Shown piece after piece: positions 17,642 to 26,464 of a stretch of 42,406 bases of DNA; the first letter of the stretch is position 1; the number at the start of each line of letters is the position of its first letter. Below the pieces are notes generated by a model. That model searched no databases, was not told the DNA's origin, and saw only the letters and a list, made by a program, of their open reading frames with translations. The position numbers were made by a program, and so were the translations under genes. The DNA lies in the IMG/VR virus record IMGVR_UViG_3300040801_005514, positions 1 through 42,406 of that record; one strand, given 5' to 3'. Source of the DNA: a virus.

Positions 17642-18706
17642 TTACTTAAGTCTTACTTGTACAAGATCACCATCAGCAGCGCTTGATGCAAAGTATGATT
17701 TACCTTGGAAAAGAATGGAATCCGATAACTCTGCGGTAGCTAGTCCTTCGAATCCAGTAGCAGTAGAAACTCTCGCTTCTGCTCCTTGGGCGACAGCTCC
17801 TTTAGCAACCATCCAGATATTTCCTTCATCAAGAACAGCAATATGAACCGCTCCTGTCGCAGGATACTCATCACTCTCATTTAAGAAGAAAGCAGCTCTG
17901 TTCTCTACGCCATGATCACGTGTAGCGACGCCTAAAGCTACTTCTGCAAGTACACCTGTAGCGTTGGTTGTATCTATAGTGATATTAGCATCGGACTCAG
18001 TTAACTCAATCACACCACCAAGAGAAACTGTCTGAATAGTGAGTTCATCAATATCCGTAACAAAAGCCTGAACAACACCCGAAAGGTTGATGTTTGTATT
18101 GATCACGCTAATAAGTCCGTCACGGATAGAGCTTGTTGTTGCTCCAGTCCCAGAAGTATACGTGATAGTTTCGCCATTTAAAGTTACTGTATAAGCAGTA
18201 TCATCAACTGCGGTGTCAATTGTTACAGTAGCAGAGCCTTTAGAACCAGAAGTGCTGGGAAGCGATACCCCATTACCGTTAGGAACAACTGCGCGGCCGA
18301 AAGGAATAGCCTCTCCTTGAGTAGGTTCTATAGCCTCTACTGGAGTACCAATATTGGTTCCAGCAATAGCTAGTTGAGCACCACGGATAGTGCCTGTGTA
18401 TGTAATATCTGCACCAACATTAGCAGCAGATATCCAAAGTTTTGCTACGGAATCAGCGTTTATATTAGTAATATGCTCAGCAGCTGTAAGAGCCGCGGAT
18501 CCTTGTGCAGCAGTAGTGATAGTCACTGTTTGTCCATTAGGTAAAGACAATACAGTACTTGTTTCTGCATCAGATGAAACAGTCGCTGTCCAAACATTAA
18601 ATGCAAATGTTTGGTTAGGACGTGATATAATATTTCTACTACCAAAAGGAAGAAATAATCCAGGTTTTGCAACTTCGCTATCTCTACTATAAGAAAGTTG
18701 ACTCAT
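17642..18706 (-). CDS. Capsid accessory / decoration-like protein with two internal repeat domains
   Basis: 354 aa between the scaffold and capsid genes. The C-terminus GDLVQVRLK and the position resemble DUF2190-type head proteins. Repeats lie at about aa 55-118 and 172-236. Confidence 0.4.
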   Translation of the reverse strand: MSQLSYSRDSEVAKPGLFLPFGSRNIISRPNQTFAFNVWTATVSSDAETSTVLSLPNGQTVTITTAAQGSAALTAAEHITNINADSVAKLWISAANVGADITYTGTIRGAQLAIAGTNIGTPVEAIEPTQGEAIPFGRAVVPNGNGVSLPSTSGSKGSATVTIDTAVDDTAYTVTLNGETITYTSGTGATTSSIRDGLISVINTNINLSGVVQAFVTDIDELTIQTVSLGGVIELTESDANITIDTTNATGVLAEVALGVATRDHGVENRAAFFLNESDEYPATGAVHIAVLDEGNIWMVAKGAVAQGAEARVSTATGFEGLATAELSDSILFQGKSYFASSAADGDLVQVRLK

Positions 18707-18726
18707 AATTTTACCTCCAAAAAAAA

Positions 18727-19995
18727 TTAAGCAAGAGCATTAGACGCTTCTTGTTGTTCTCTGATATACTTAGCTCTGATTACATCTGCACTAGAGCTAT
18801 CTACTGTGTTAATCGCATCTGCAACTTTCTTAGCAGTATCAGCAATTATTGAATCTGCAAGCGAATCTTTAAGTACTGTAAAAGCGCCATCGATGTATCC
18901 TTCACTTGCATTGGCAAATACCGAAGTTTCACCCTCTTTACAAGGTCTTTTAGCAGATAAAATCTCTCTTTTAATTTCAATATTTGATTTACCTTTTGAA
19001 TCAAAATTTTCAATATGTCTTTTGCCTAACTCAAGTATTGACAAACGTTCTTCAATAGCGCTATCAGACATAGCGTCCTTTTTCACAGACACCATATCTT
19101 TTTTGTGTTTCTCTTCCATATCAGACATTTTCTTCTTCATATCTTCCATATCAGACTTATACTGATCAGCTGTGCCTTTGAACACATCATATTTTTTAGA
19201 CATATCTTCGTACTTTTCCTGCATTTCCTTCATATCTTCAGCAGCTTTTCTCATAGCTTCGTCTTTTTTGTCAAAAAGTTGCTGTACAAGCTGCGCACTT
19301 GTCTTTTCCATCTCGACAGATACCCCGTCAAGATTAATCGATAATTTATCCATAGATAAAACTCCTTTTTGTTTTAAAATTGTTAAATCAACACTGTCCA
19401 TATATCCGATTGTACCACATTCTTCTTCTTCTCCGTCAATATTAACGCGAACTCTGGGACCTCCGCGTGCGTTTTGAACAATTGCAAGATGATTGTACCG
19501 CCTTTGTTTCTGAATGTAGTCATAAGGCTGTCCGTTCCACATGGAGCCTGAAGGAGCCTCCTCTAATACGCATATGTAGCCTGGAGACGCTTCGAACTTT
19601 TCTTTATTTAACACTCTATTAATAAGGTTCTCATCATTAATCTGCACCGGACAAACGAGCTCATCACCTATCTGTCTAATACCTTGTTTAACATGCCCTT
19701 TCTGATGTTTAGTAGTGTCCTTGGAAGTGAGGAGACTACCATTAGCTTTTTTGGGGTGCTCCTCTGTGAGCGGCTTATCCTCTAAAGTCTGATAAGATTT
19801 TTGATCAAAAAGTGTTTCCGGCGGTAAAAGTTGTTTTATAATCCGACCCTCTTTTGTTTTATATTCCATTACTCCAGGGACAGCTGCAGTGATATCAACT
19901 TTTAGAAAACCAAAATCCTTGTCGCGCTCAGGAGATAACTTGATGTTTGGGGCCATGAGCATATCATACTGAAGCACTTCTATAGTTTTAGCCAT
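18727..19995 (-). CDS. Scaffold / prohead protease-like protein (DUF2213-type)
   Basis: N-terminus GFLKVDITAAVPGVMEYKTKEGRIIKQLLPPETLFD...LEDKPLTEEHP matches DUF2213. The C-terminal half is a charged coiled coil. Confidence 0.55.
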   Translation of the reverse strand: MAKTIEVLQYDMLMAPNIKLSPERDKDFGFLKVDITAAVPGVMEYKTKEGRIIKQLLPPETLFDQKSYQTLEDKPLTEEHPKKANGSLLTSKDTTKHQKGHVKQGIRQIGDELVCPVQINDENLINRVLNKEKFEASPGYICVLEEAPSGSMWNGQPYDYIQKQRRYNHLAIVQNARGGPRVRVNIDGEEEECGTIGYMDSVDLTILKQKGVLSMDKLSINLDGVSVEMEKTSAQLVQQLFDKKDEAMRKAAEDMKEMQEKYEDMSKKYDVFKGTADQYKSDMEDMKKKMSDMEEKHKKDMVSVKKDAMSDSAIEERLSILELGKRHIENFDSKGKSNIEIKREILSAKRPCKEGETSVFANASEGYIDGAFTVLKDSLADSIIADTAKKVADAINTVDSSSADVIRAKYIREQQEASNALA

Positions 19996-20025
19996 TTTTA
20001 AAACTCCTTTTTATTGCTTTCATTA

Positions 20026-20937
20026 TTACACTTCTATAACAGCTTCTGCAACACACCTACAGTTAATGTCTTCTCCAGGCGTTAAACCATCTGGAGTTTC
20101 GGAAAAGGTTTTACCTTTGACAGTAACATTTCCGCTCCATGAGAATATTTTTCCATCACGATCAGCATGAGAAGGACGAGTCCTATTATCATTTACAGCT
20201 CTCCAACGGTACAGTTTCACGCCTAAATTTTCTTGCCTTGCTCGTGTTAATTGACCATTCATCTTGTTTGTTTGATCTCTAGCAATAAGTTTAGCACGAT
20301 TCCTAACCGATTTGAAAACACCTGCCTTTCCGTCTAAACCTTTTTCCACAGCGTTAACTATAGACTCCCATCTTGCACCTTGGATGGTCTTATCAAGAAC
20401 AATTCTACTCACATTTGCTGTAATCTCCTCGGATACTTTTGCGATAAGTGCTGTGTTTTGAATAACAAAAGCCTCAGAAATAACTTGACTTTGAGGAATT
20501 ACACTTTGTAAGTCGATAGGTGTTAGTCGATCATACGCCTTAGCTATCTGTACCGCATTGATAACATCAAGTCTTCTTGCCATCGTCGCTGCAAGATTCT
20601 CTATTCGCTCTTTGGGAAATACTTTTTGCGATAATCGCTCAGCAAATTTTACTATGGATCTTTTTACCAGAGGTGTAAGCTCTGTTTTTGGGTCATCTAA
20701 ATTTACATATTCGCCTTTTATAGCGGGAACAACTAAGTTCCTAAATTCTTTTTGAGCTTCTGCTATCATCTGTCGTAAAGCCTGCTCATAGGCTCTCTCT
20801 ACAGACTTAGGAGGTTGAACACGTTTTTGTTTAGGTAATTTTTTTGCTTTTGAAAATTTTTCTCTTTGCAGTATCGCATTTTGAAGAGGTGATCCCTCCT
20901 CAACAACTATTTCCTGATCATCCTTTTTCTTTGACAT
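20026..20937 (-). CDS. Head morphogenesis protein (Mu F / SPP1 gp7 family)
   Basis: YRWRAVNDNRTRPSHADRDGKIFSW...PGEDINCRCV is the MuF signature. Confidence 0.75.
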   Translation of the reverse strand: MSKKKDDQEIVVEEGSPLQNAILQREKFSKAKKLPKQKRVQPPKSVERAYEQALRQMIAEAQKEFRNLVVPAIKGEYVNLDDPKTELTPLVKRSIVKFAERLSQKVFPKERIENLAATMARRLDVINAVQIAKAYDRLTPIDLQSVIPQSQVISEAFVIQNTALIAKVSEEITANVSRIVLDKTIQGARWESIVNAVEKGLDGKAGVFKSVRNRAKLIARDQTNKMNGQLTRARQENLGVKLYRWRAVNDNRTRPSHADRDGKIFSWSGNVTVKGKTFSETPDGLTPGEDINCRCVAEAVIEV

Positions 20938-22267
20938 TTCTTAACACCTTTTCATATTCTGATATATCATTTTCAGAAAAATTGTGCTCTTCTTCATGTT
21001 CTACAATAATATCTTTTACCATCCCATCTTCAGTAAGTCTTATTCTCCTTACTTCTTCTGGAGTGACTACTCCGTTTTGAATCATTATTTGATCTGCTTC
21101 AGCGTTAAGTTTTCGAACCTCTGCTTTAGTTTTTGTGTCTTCTGAACCTATAGGAAGAGGCTTAAGTATATAATCAAGTCCGTATATCCCTTTCTGAGCT
21201 AGTATAAGATCTGTCAGCTGCCGCAATCTTGGTTCATAGTAACTTTCTTGCAAAGAATGAATTTGATTATAATAATCTTGCTTTTCACTTTCTCCAGTCG
21301 CGCCTAAGCCAGATGGAGACTCTCCGAAAATCAATGTGTGAGGGATTCCTGTCTCCGTAGTGAGCCTTGTTGTTAATAACCTTACAAGATCTGATAAACC
21401 TGATACAGGGTTCTGATGCATAGTAAACTCCTCACCTTCACCAAGAACCACGGCATTAAGTATAGAACGAAGAAGATCGATAGTCTCTGCTCTTTTTTGT
21501 ACGTAATTTTCCTCTCCAGAACCTATTAATTCTTCTAAATTATTTATCTTATATACAGTCTGCCTAAAGTCAGTAATAAGATTGGCTACTCCTGTGTATC
21601 CTGAAACATATTCAGCGATAATATTATAAAGAGGCTCTAGAATTGACTGGCCCCAATAATCAGACTCTATATAGAGCTGCCTTGGAAGGTTGTTTCCTAT
21701 AAATTTTACCAGACGACTAGAATCAATTTTCAAAAAGTTACCAGTATCAGTAGATAAGTAGTATCTTAAAGGCTCTCCATAATTATAATCTGTGAAGTCA
21801 CTATTAATAGTACCTGTATTGCTTAGCCAACGCCTATCAAAAACATGAAGTTTAAGTATGCTTGGTCTTGTTTTTATGTCTAGGTATTCATCAGGATACT
21901 TTCCGTCTTTTGCAAGAATGAAAATTCCTGATCCTCCGTAAAGCCTGGCCCAAACTTGAGCCTCATGAATACGGTCGTAAACCTGAAGTCTCTTCCATTC
22001 CTGCTCTACGTATTTCACTATTTCAACATCATCAAATATAAAAGAAAAGCCATTTTTTAAAGCAAATCCCGGTTCTAATTCGATGATACGCCTTGCAAGT
22101 GCGGAGGACGCGAACATCTGCTCGTAAGCATCATAGGATCTCCTCTCGCGAAATAAGAAGTTATATCTAGTCTTATCGTTGGCTCCTCCGAATCCTGTTC
22201 TTGAATTGTGTAGTCTGTCTGTTTGAGCGAGTATTTGGAAAGCAGTACTTATCTTTTTATCATCCAT
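20918..22267 (-). CDS. Portal protein (DUF1073-type)
   Basis: About 450 aa between terL and the MuF-like gene. I prefer the ATG at 22267 (SD GAGGT 7 nt upstream) over the TTG at 22291 used by the track. Confidence 0.65.
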   Translation of the reverse strand: MDDKKISTAFQILAQTDRLHNSRTGFGGANDKTRYNFLFRERRSYDAYEQMFASSALARRIIELEPGFALKNGFSFIFDDVEIVKYVEQEWKRLQVYDRIHEAQVWARLYGGSGIFILAKDGKYPDEYLDIKTRPSILKLHVFDRRWLSNTGTINSDFTDYNYGEPLRYYLSTDTGNFLKIDSSRLVKFIGNNLPRQLYIESDYWGQSILEPLYNIIAEYVSGYTGVANLITDFRQTVYKINNLEELIGSGEENYVQKRAETIDLLRSILNAVVLGEGEEFTMHQNPVSGLSDLVRLLTTRLTTETGIPHTLIFGESPSGLGATGESEKQDYYNQIHSLQESYYEPRLRQLTDLILAQKGIYGLDYILKPLPIGSEDTKTKAEVRKLNAEADQIMIQNGVVTPEEVRRIRLTEDGMVKDIIVEHEEEHNFSENDISEYEKVLRNVKEKG

Positions 22268-22321
22268 TTTTTTGACCTCGAGAAAGTTCAATTTTTTATA
22301 TATACAAGTGTATCAAAAAAA

Positions 22322-23839
22322 CTACCAGCGGCCTACCAGCTGTTCGGGCCTGAGCGAAGCTAGCTTTTTTCCTTGGACGAGTTTCTTGACTCTGTCTTTT
22401 GCTATTGCTAGAGCCATGGAAGTGCAGTCAACTTGGTCGTCATTTGGCGACTGAGGAAAAGAAAAAAGCTCTTCCTCGTACTCTCTTTTCCAAGACGCTT
22501 TTTCTGGCGTGTGAAAACAGCCCGATTCGAATATATCCTCAACATAATGAACACGGGCTACTTTGTCTCCTATTGGGTTATAGAATTTAATTCCTCGAAC
22601 AATGTCTTTTAGATCGTCTTCCATAGCAGGCGCATTCGCTTTATTTTCCAAGTATTTTAGCTTGGCAAGTGGGTGTCTTTTACAAAAAGAAACAAACTGA
22701 TTCTTGGATTGAACATAACCCCACCGGCCGCGGACTTGATCTATTAAATATATATCATCACCGCTCACAGCATAGTACTGAAAACAAACATAAGAGCCTG
22801 TATCAGAGCTTTTCTTAAACCTAAGGTCACCCACTATAAAATAGTAATCTATATTTTCAGGTAGATAAGTGTAGTAATTTATATAGTCTTTTCTAATAAT
22901 GTTTCCTTCAGAAATAATAGGTCTCTGTTGATATATCGCTGAGAATTCACGAGCAGAAGTGGTTTTTCTTACAGCTTCCGCTGCTTTTTTATCTTCTTTG
23001 TGCTCTGGCCAGATAGGCTCACCTAGCTCTCTTGGATCTTTTGGATGAAGTTTTCCTTCTGCGATGAAGGGAAAATGAATCACTTCCCATTGGTCTACCC
23101 CTTTGTCAAGCTCTTGTTGCTTGAGCAAAACCCCTGCGAGGTCATCTATATGCCACCGCGTGTATACAATAATAATATGACCATTTTTTGAAAGTCTTGT
23201 CTTTGCTACAGTAGGATACCATGAATTAACTTGTTTTCTATAAGCAAGTGAATCAGCTTGCATCATGTCTTTATACAAGTCATCGATGATAAGAAAATCT
23301 AGTGACTTAGATGTTAGTGAGCCAGATACGCCCACTCCATAATAAGATCCTCTACGACCGCTTATTTCAAAGAAATTAGATAGTTGTTTTTCTCTCAGAA
23401 CAACTTCTCGATTTTCCTTATTTCTTATATCTGAAGAAAGCCGAGTTTCTGGAAAAAGCTTTCGGTAAAGATCAGTGGCTAGTATCTTCTGTGTGTCGCG
23501 AACAAATCCAGATGCTATTTCTCCTCCATAAGAGGCAACGCCTATCTTGAGGTCTGGCCACTGTGAAAGCGCCCAAGCAGGGAGCATACGTGATGAAAGC
23601 TCTGTTTTTCCGTACTGCGGTGGAACAAAAATCATTATTCGCCGAGGAGTTGTAGAGTACATCGCGCTTGTTAGTGTTTCGCATATAATTCTGTGATGAA
23701 AATTCCATTTATATTCAATACCATACGTCTCATAAAACATTATATCTACAAAACCTTCAAGGGTCTCACTAGCATACTGCCATTTTTTGAGCGTTTCATA
23801 TTGCTCAAGCTCTTCTATAGATAAGTTGCTGTAGTTCAA
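22322..23839 (-). CDS. terL: Terminase large subunit
   Basis: Walker A VPPQYGKTE, Walker B FLIIDDLY and nuclease-domain acidic motifs (IVGDLRF, NDDQVDCTSMA). TTG start with GAAGGA upstream. Confidence 0.85.
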   Translation of the reverse strand: MNYSNLSIEELEQYETLKKWQYASETLEGFVDIMFYETYGIEYKWNFHHRIICETLTSAMYSTTPRRIMIFVPPQYGKTELSSRMLPAWALSQWPDLKIGVASYGGEIASGFVRDTQKILATDLYRKLFPETRLSSDIRNKENREVVLREKQLSNFFEISGRRGSYYGVGVSGSLTSKSLDFLIIDDLYKDMMQADSLAYRKQVNSWYPTVAKTRLSKNGHIIIVYTRWHIDDLAGVLLKQQELDKGVDQWEVIHFPFIAEGKLHPKDPRELGEPIWPEHKEDKKAAEAVRKTTSAREFSAIYQQRPIISEGNIIRKDYINYYTYLPENIDYYFIVGDLRFKKSSDTGSYVCFQYYAVSGDDIYLIDQVRGRWGYVQSKNQFVSFCKRHPLAKLKYLENKANAPAMEDDLKDIVRGIKFYNPIGDKVARVHYVEDIFESGCFHTPEKASWKREYEEELFSFPQSPNDDQVDCTSMALAIAKDRVKKLVQGKKLASLRPEQLVGRW

Positions 23840-23891
23840 TTTTTTATCCTTCTTTAAAAAATCAACATGTATATTTATTGTTATTTATTTT

Positions 23892-24431
23892 TCATAAAAT
23901 AAAATCCTCTATTTCTTTATTTTTTTTGATTTTTAATTTATTTTCCAGCTCTTTAATACGTAAAATACGCTCTTCTTTATCCATCTCATCAAAAGTTTTT
24001 CTGTCGTCCTCGATAATCTGCTTAGATGTTTCTGTCCATCCTTCCATAGACTTAAAGTAAGCAAGTATGAGTTGCGGATTACCTTTGCCCGTCGGTTTAA
24101 GTAGGCCATCCTCATCTCGCCTCATAGGAAAAGCTTGCTCCATGAAGCAAGTGTGTGCTCTAGTTCTAAGTTTTGTGATCCCTCTATTCCATGCCTCCCT
24201 AAGACGTGTATATCGATCTAGCCAGGTAAGGAAGGTTGGTGGATTAACCCCTATCGCCTCAGCTGTTTGCCTTTCGGTAAACCCCATTGACGCGTAAACC
24301 TCTGCTTTGTTTACACAATCTTCATCACAAGATGATTTGCCGAAAGGCTTTTCCTTTGACGTGTACAAATTCCTATCAGAATTATACTCTCGATACTTAC
24401 CTGTACGAAAGCTTTGCTTTTTCTTAACCAT
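23892..24431 (-). CDS. terS: Terminase small subunit (HTH)
   Basis: Position upstream of terL. HTH-like MGFTERQTAEAIGVNPPTFLTWL. I prefer the ATG at 24431 (9 nt after GGAGA) over 24440. Confidence 0.5.
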   Translation of the reverse strand: MVKKKQSFRTGKYREYNSDRNLYTSKEKPFGKSSCDEDCVNKAEVYASMGFTERQTAEAIGVNPPTFLTWLDRYTRLREAWNRGITKLRTRAHTCFMEQAFPMRRDEDGLLKPTGKGNPQLILAYFKSMEGWTETSKQIIEDDRKTFDEMDKEERILRIKELENKLKIKKNKEIEDFIL

Positions 24432-24493
24432 GACAAACATTCTCCTTCATGATATAAAAACTTAATTACCTTTATAATACTTGATATGTTTTT

Positions 24494-25048
24494 TTATGGC
24501 AAAAATATTATTTCTGCAATAGCAGGCTTTTTTGAAATAGCATAAAAAATACAAAGAGCATCAGCTATTCCATCGTGAGGTTTTTTATGGCGTGTTGGAA
24601 TAAGTGTACTTTCTCCATAAATTTGCGAAGCAAAGTATATATAGGTTTCTTTATTATGGAGAAAAACAACCATAGCATCTCTTCTGATTATTGCTTGCCA
24701 AGAAGTTGGTTTTACAAAATAGAAAAGATCTTTATCAAACATTAGCTTTAAACCTTGCACAAGTGACGTGAAAAAAGAACTTATTGAAAAAGAAGTAGCT
24801 GGCGTGTCTCCTGGGAGGGGGGACTGTTCTTCTATATATACAGCTATTGTAGTTTCTCGTCGAATGTAATCAGGTATATTTACAGCTATCTCTTTAAAAA
24901 ACAAAGCATTAAGTAAGTAAATACTTTTTATTTTGCTATAGTGTTTTTTCTTAATAGGAAAAACATACAGGAGTTTATCATGTTTAAAAATAGCGACTGC
25001 TCCTTTCAGCCCTGGGTCTATAACAACGGTAAAATCAGTATTAGCCAT
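24494..25048 (-). CDS. RuvC-like Holliday junction resolvase
   Basis: Acidic residues sit in RuvC-like positions: VVIDPGLKGAVAIF (Asp), VYIEEQ (Glu) and HDGIADALCI (Asp). Confidence 0.5.
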   Translation of the reverse strand: MANTDFTVVIDPGLKGAVAIFKHDKLLYVFPIKKKHYSKIKSIYLLNALFFKEIAVNIPDYIRRETTIAVYIEEQSPLPGDTPATSFSISSFFTSLVQGLKLMFDKDLFYFVKPTSWQAIIRRDAMVVFLHNKETYIYFASQIYGESTLIPTRHKKPHDGIADALCIFYAISKKPAIAEIIFLP

Positions 25049-25053
25049 ATCAA

Positions 25054-25242
25054 TTATATTCTCTCAGGAATTAGTTGTGCTAGAAGCTCCTCAACATAAT
25101 AATTAAAAGATTCTATCTCTAGTTCGCTGTGTAGTACTTTCTGTTTCCCTTCCTCACAAAATAGTTGATGCCAATACGCATACGTGTACCTTTTTGTTGA
25201 ATCCTGGCCAAACATGAAGTATAGGTTTTCTCTTTTCTTCAT
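25054..25242 (-). CDS. Small protein A1 (62 aa), paralog of 25730..25921
   Basis: Shares LYFM-G-D...NYYV..LL..LIPE with A2. ATGA overlap with B1. Confidence 0.5.
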   Translation of the reverse strand: MKKRENLYFMFGQDSTKRYTYAYWHQLFCEEGKQKVLHSELEIESFNYYVEELLAQLIPERI

Positions 25243-25472
25243 ACTACCCTCCTCATATAGTCAAGTTCTTCTTCTAAATCGGCTTCTCTTTTAGTCAGGT
25301 ATTCAGTATACACCCGTATAAGTCTACCGCCAGTGGTTCTAGTGGGACTTGCTTTATCCCTTAGCCAATAATAAATAGTTCCTTTACTTACCCCCAGCTT
25401 ATTGGCTAATTCTGCTATACCAATGTGCTTTATAAGATAAGTGATTTTTGCTTTATAATTCTCAGCTTCCAT
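25239..25472 (-). CDS. Small HTH protein B1 (77 aa), paralog of 25462..25719
   Basis: HTH IAELANKLGVSKGTIYYWLRD. The N-terminus aligns with B2. Confidence 0.55.
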   Translation of the reverse strand: MEAENYKAKITYLIKHIGIAELANKLGVSKGTIYYWLRDKASPTRTTGGRLIRVYTEYLTKREADLEEELDYMRRVV

Positions 25473-25719
25473 ACTTCACCTCTTCGTAAATAGAAGCGTC
25501 TTCTTTTTCCATTTTTGCAAGAAGAGAAAGTACTTTTAAGCGCGCAAAAAAAGCATAAATATTCTTGATTCTACTTAGGTCCTGCTCGGAAGGAGTAGTA
25601 AGCCCTGCCGCGCAAGAATAAATATTTTCTATAGGTTTTTCTAAAAGCCTTGATAACCTGTGTGGTCCTAGGTGGCTAAGTAAAAAACTTAATTTAGAAT
25701 TCCATTGCTCAACTTGCAT
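25462..25719 (-). CDS. Small HTH-like protein B2 (85 aa)
   Basis: SD GAGGAGG. MQVEQWNSKLSFLLSHLG aligns with MEAENYKAKITYLIKHIG of B1. Confidence 0.5.
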   Translation of the reverse strand: MQVEQWNSKLSFLLSHLGPHRLSRLLEKPIENIYSCAAGLTTPSEQDLSRIKNIYAFFARLKVLSLLAKMEKEDASIYEEVKYGS

Positions 25720-25729
25720 AATAACCTCC

Positions 25730-25921
25730 TCAAAAACATTTATCTTCAGGAATAAGGTTATGGAGTAATCTTGTCACATAATTGTTACTATCGACTTTTG
25801 AGATAAAACCTTGACGCACTTTCAATTTTGCATCGATATCAAGGATTGCTACCCATTCTTCTTTAGTCATTGGTAGTGTTCTATCATCTCCAGCCATAAA
25901 GTAGAGTTGTTGCTTTCCCAT
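25730..25921 (-). CDS. Small protein A2 (63 aa from the internal ATG)
   Basis: SD CAGGAGGGG 3-4 nt before the ATG at 25921. The 27-codon N-terminal extension in the track (to 26002) has no SD. Confidence 0.5.
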   Translation of the reverse strand: MGKQQLYFMAGDDRTLPMTKEEWVAILDIDAKLKVRQGFISKVDSNNYVTRLLHNLIPEDKCF

Positions 25922-26042
25922 AATCCCCTCCTGAAGTAATGTTATTAGAAAAAAGATAACCTTTTCTCCTACTACAGCTTCATCAATAACAGCTATGTTC
26001 ATACAGTATCTTATTTAATCGTTCGACTACTTCTGCCACGTC

Positions 26043-26117
26043 TTACGGTTTTATCCCACTGTTTAGGTATACGAGTGTATCGCTTGCGTCGTCGTAAGTA
26101 TAAGTATAAGTATCCAT
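26043..26117 (-). CDS. Possible 24-codon micro-ORF MDTYTYTYDDASDTLVYLNSGIKP
   Basis: SD AAGGGAGA 6-7 nt before the ATG. It contains (ACTTAT)x3 and is too short to be in the ORF track. Confidence 0.25.
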   Translation of the reverse strand: MDTYTYTYDDASDTLVYLNSGIKP

Positions 26118-26280
26118 AACGTGTCTCCCTTTTACAAAGAGAAGTTCTTTACCCTCTATTATTAACGGCATTTTTTCCAAAAAACTTTAACACTTTTTTC
26201 AATATTTTTTATAAATTAATGATATTAAAGAAATAAAAGTTTAAAATAATATTTCTTAATATATTTTTTATAAATTTCTG

Positions 26281-26460
26281 CTATAAATCTAAGGAAAATT
26301 CCTCTTTACTTTCGTTAATTGAATTATAAAAGTCAGCGGTGATGATAGCTTTTAAGGGCTGTCCGCGCTGCTTAACGAAAACAACATCATCGTCTCCTTG
26401 GACAAGTTCTAGCGCTTCTTTTATTCTTGCTCTGAATGTACTTACTGTATATGTAATCAT
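26281..26460 (-). CDS. Phd/YefM-family antitoxin-like DNA-binding protein, 59 aa (not in the ORF track)
   Basis: MITYTVSTFRARIKEALELVQGDDDVVFVKQRGQPLKAIITADFYNSINESKEEFSLDL aligns by eye with the YefM N-terminal half (...[24 protein letters not shown]). The ATG lies 4 nt after the upstream stop. Confidence 0.6.
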   Translation of the reverse strand: MITYTVSTFRARIKEALELVQGDDDVVFVKQRGQPLKAIITADFYNSINESKEEFSLDL

Positions 26461-26464
26461 CTTT

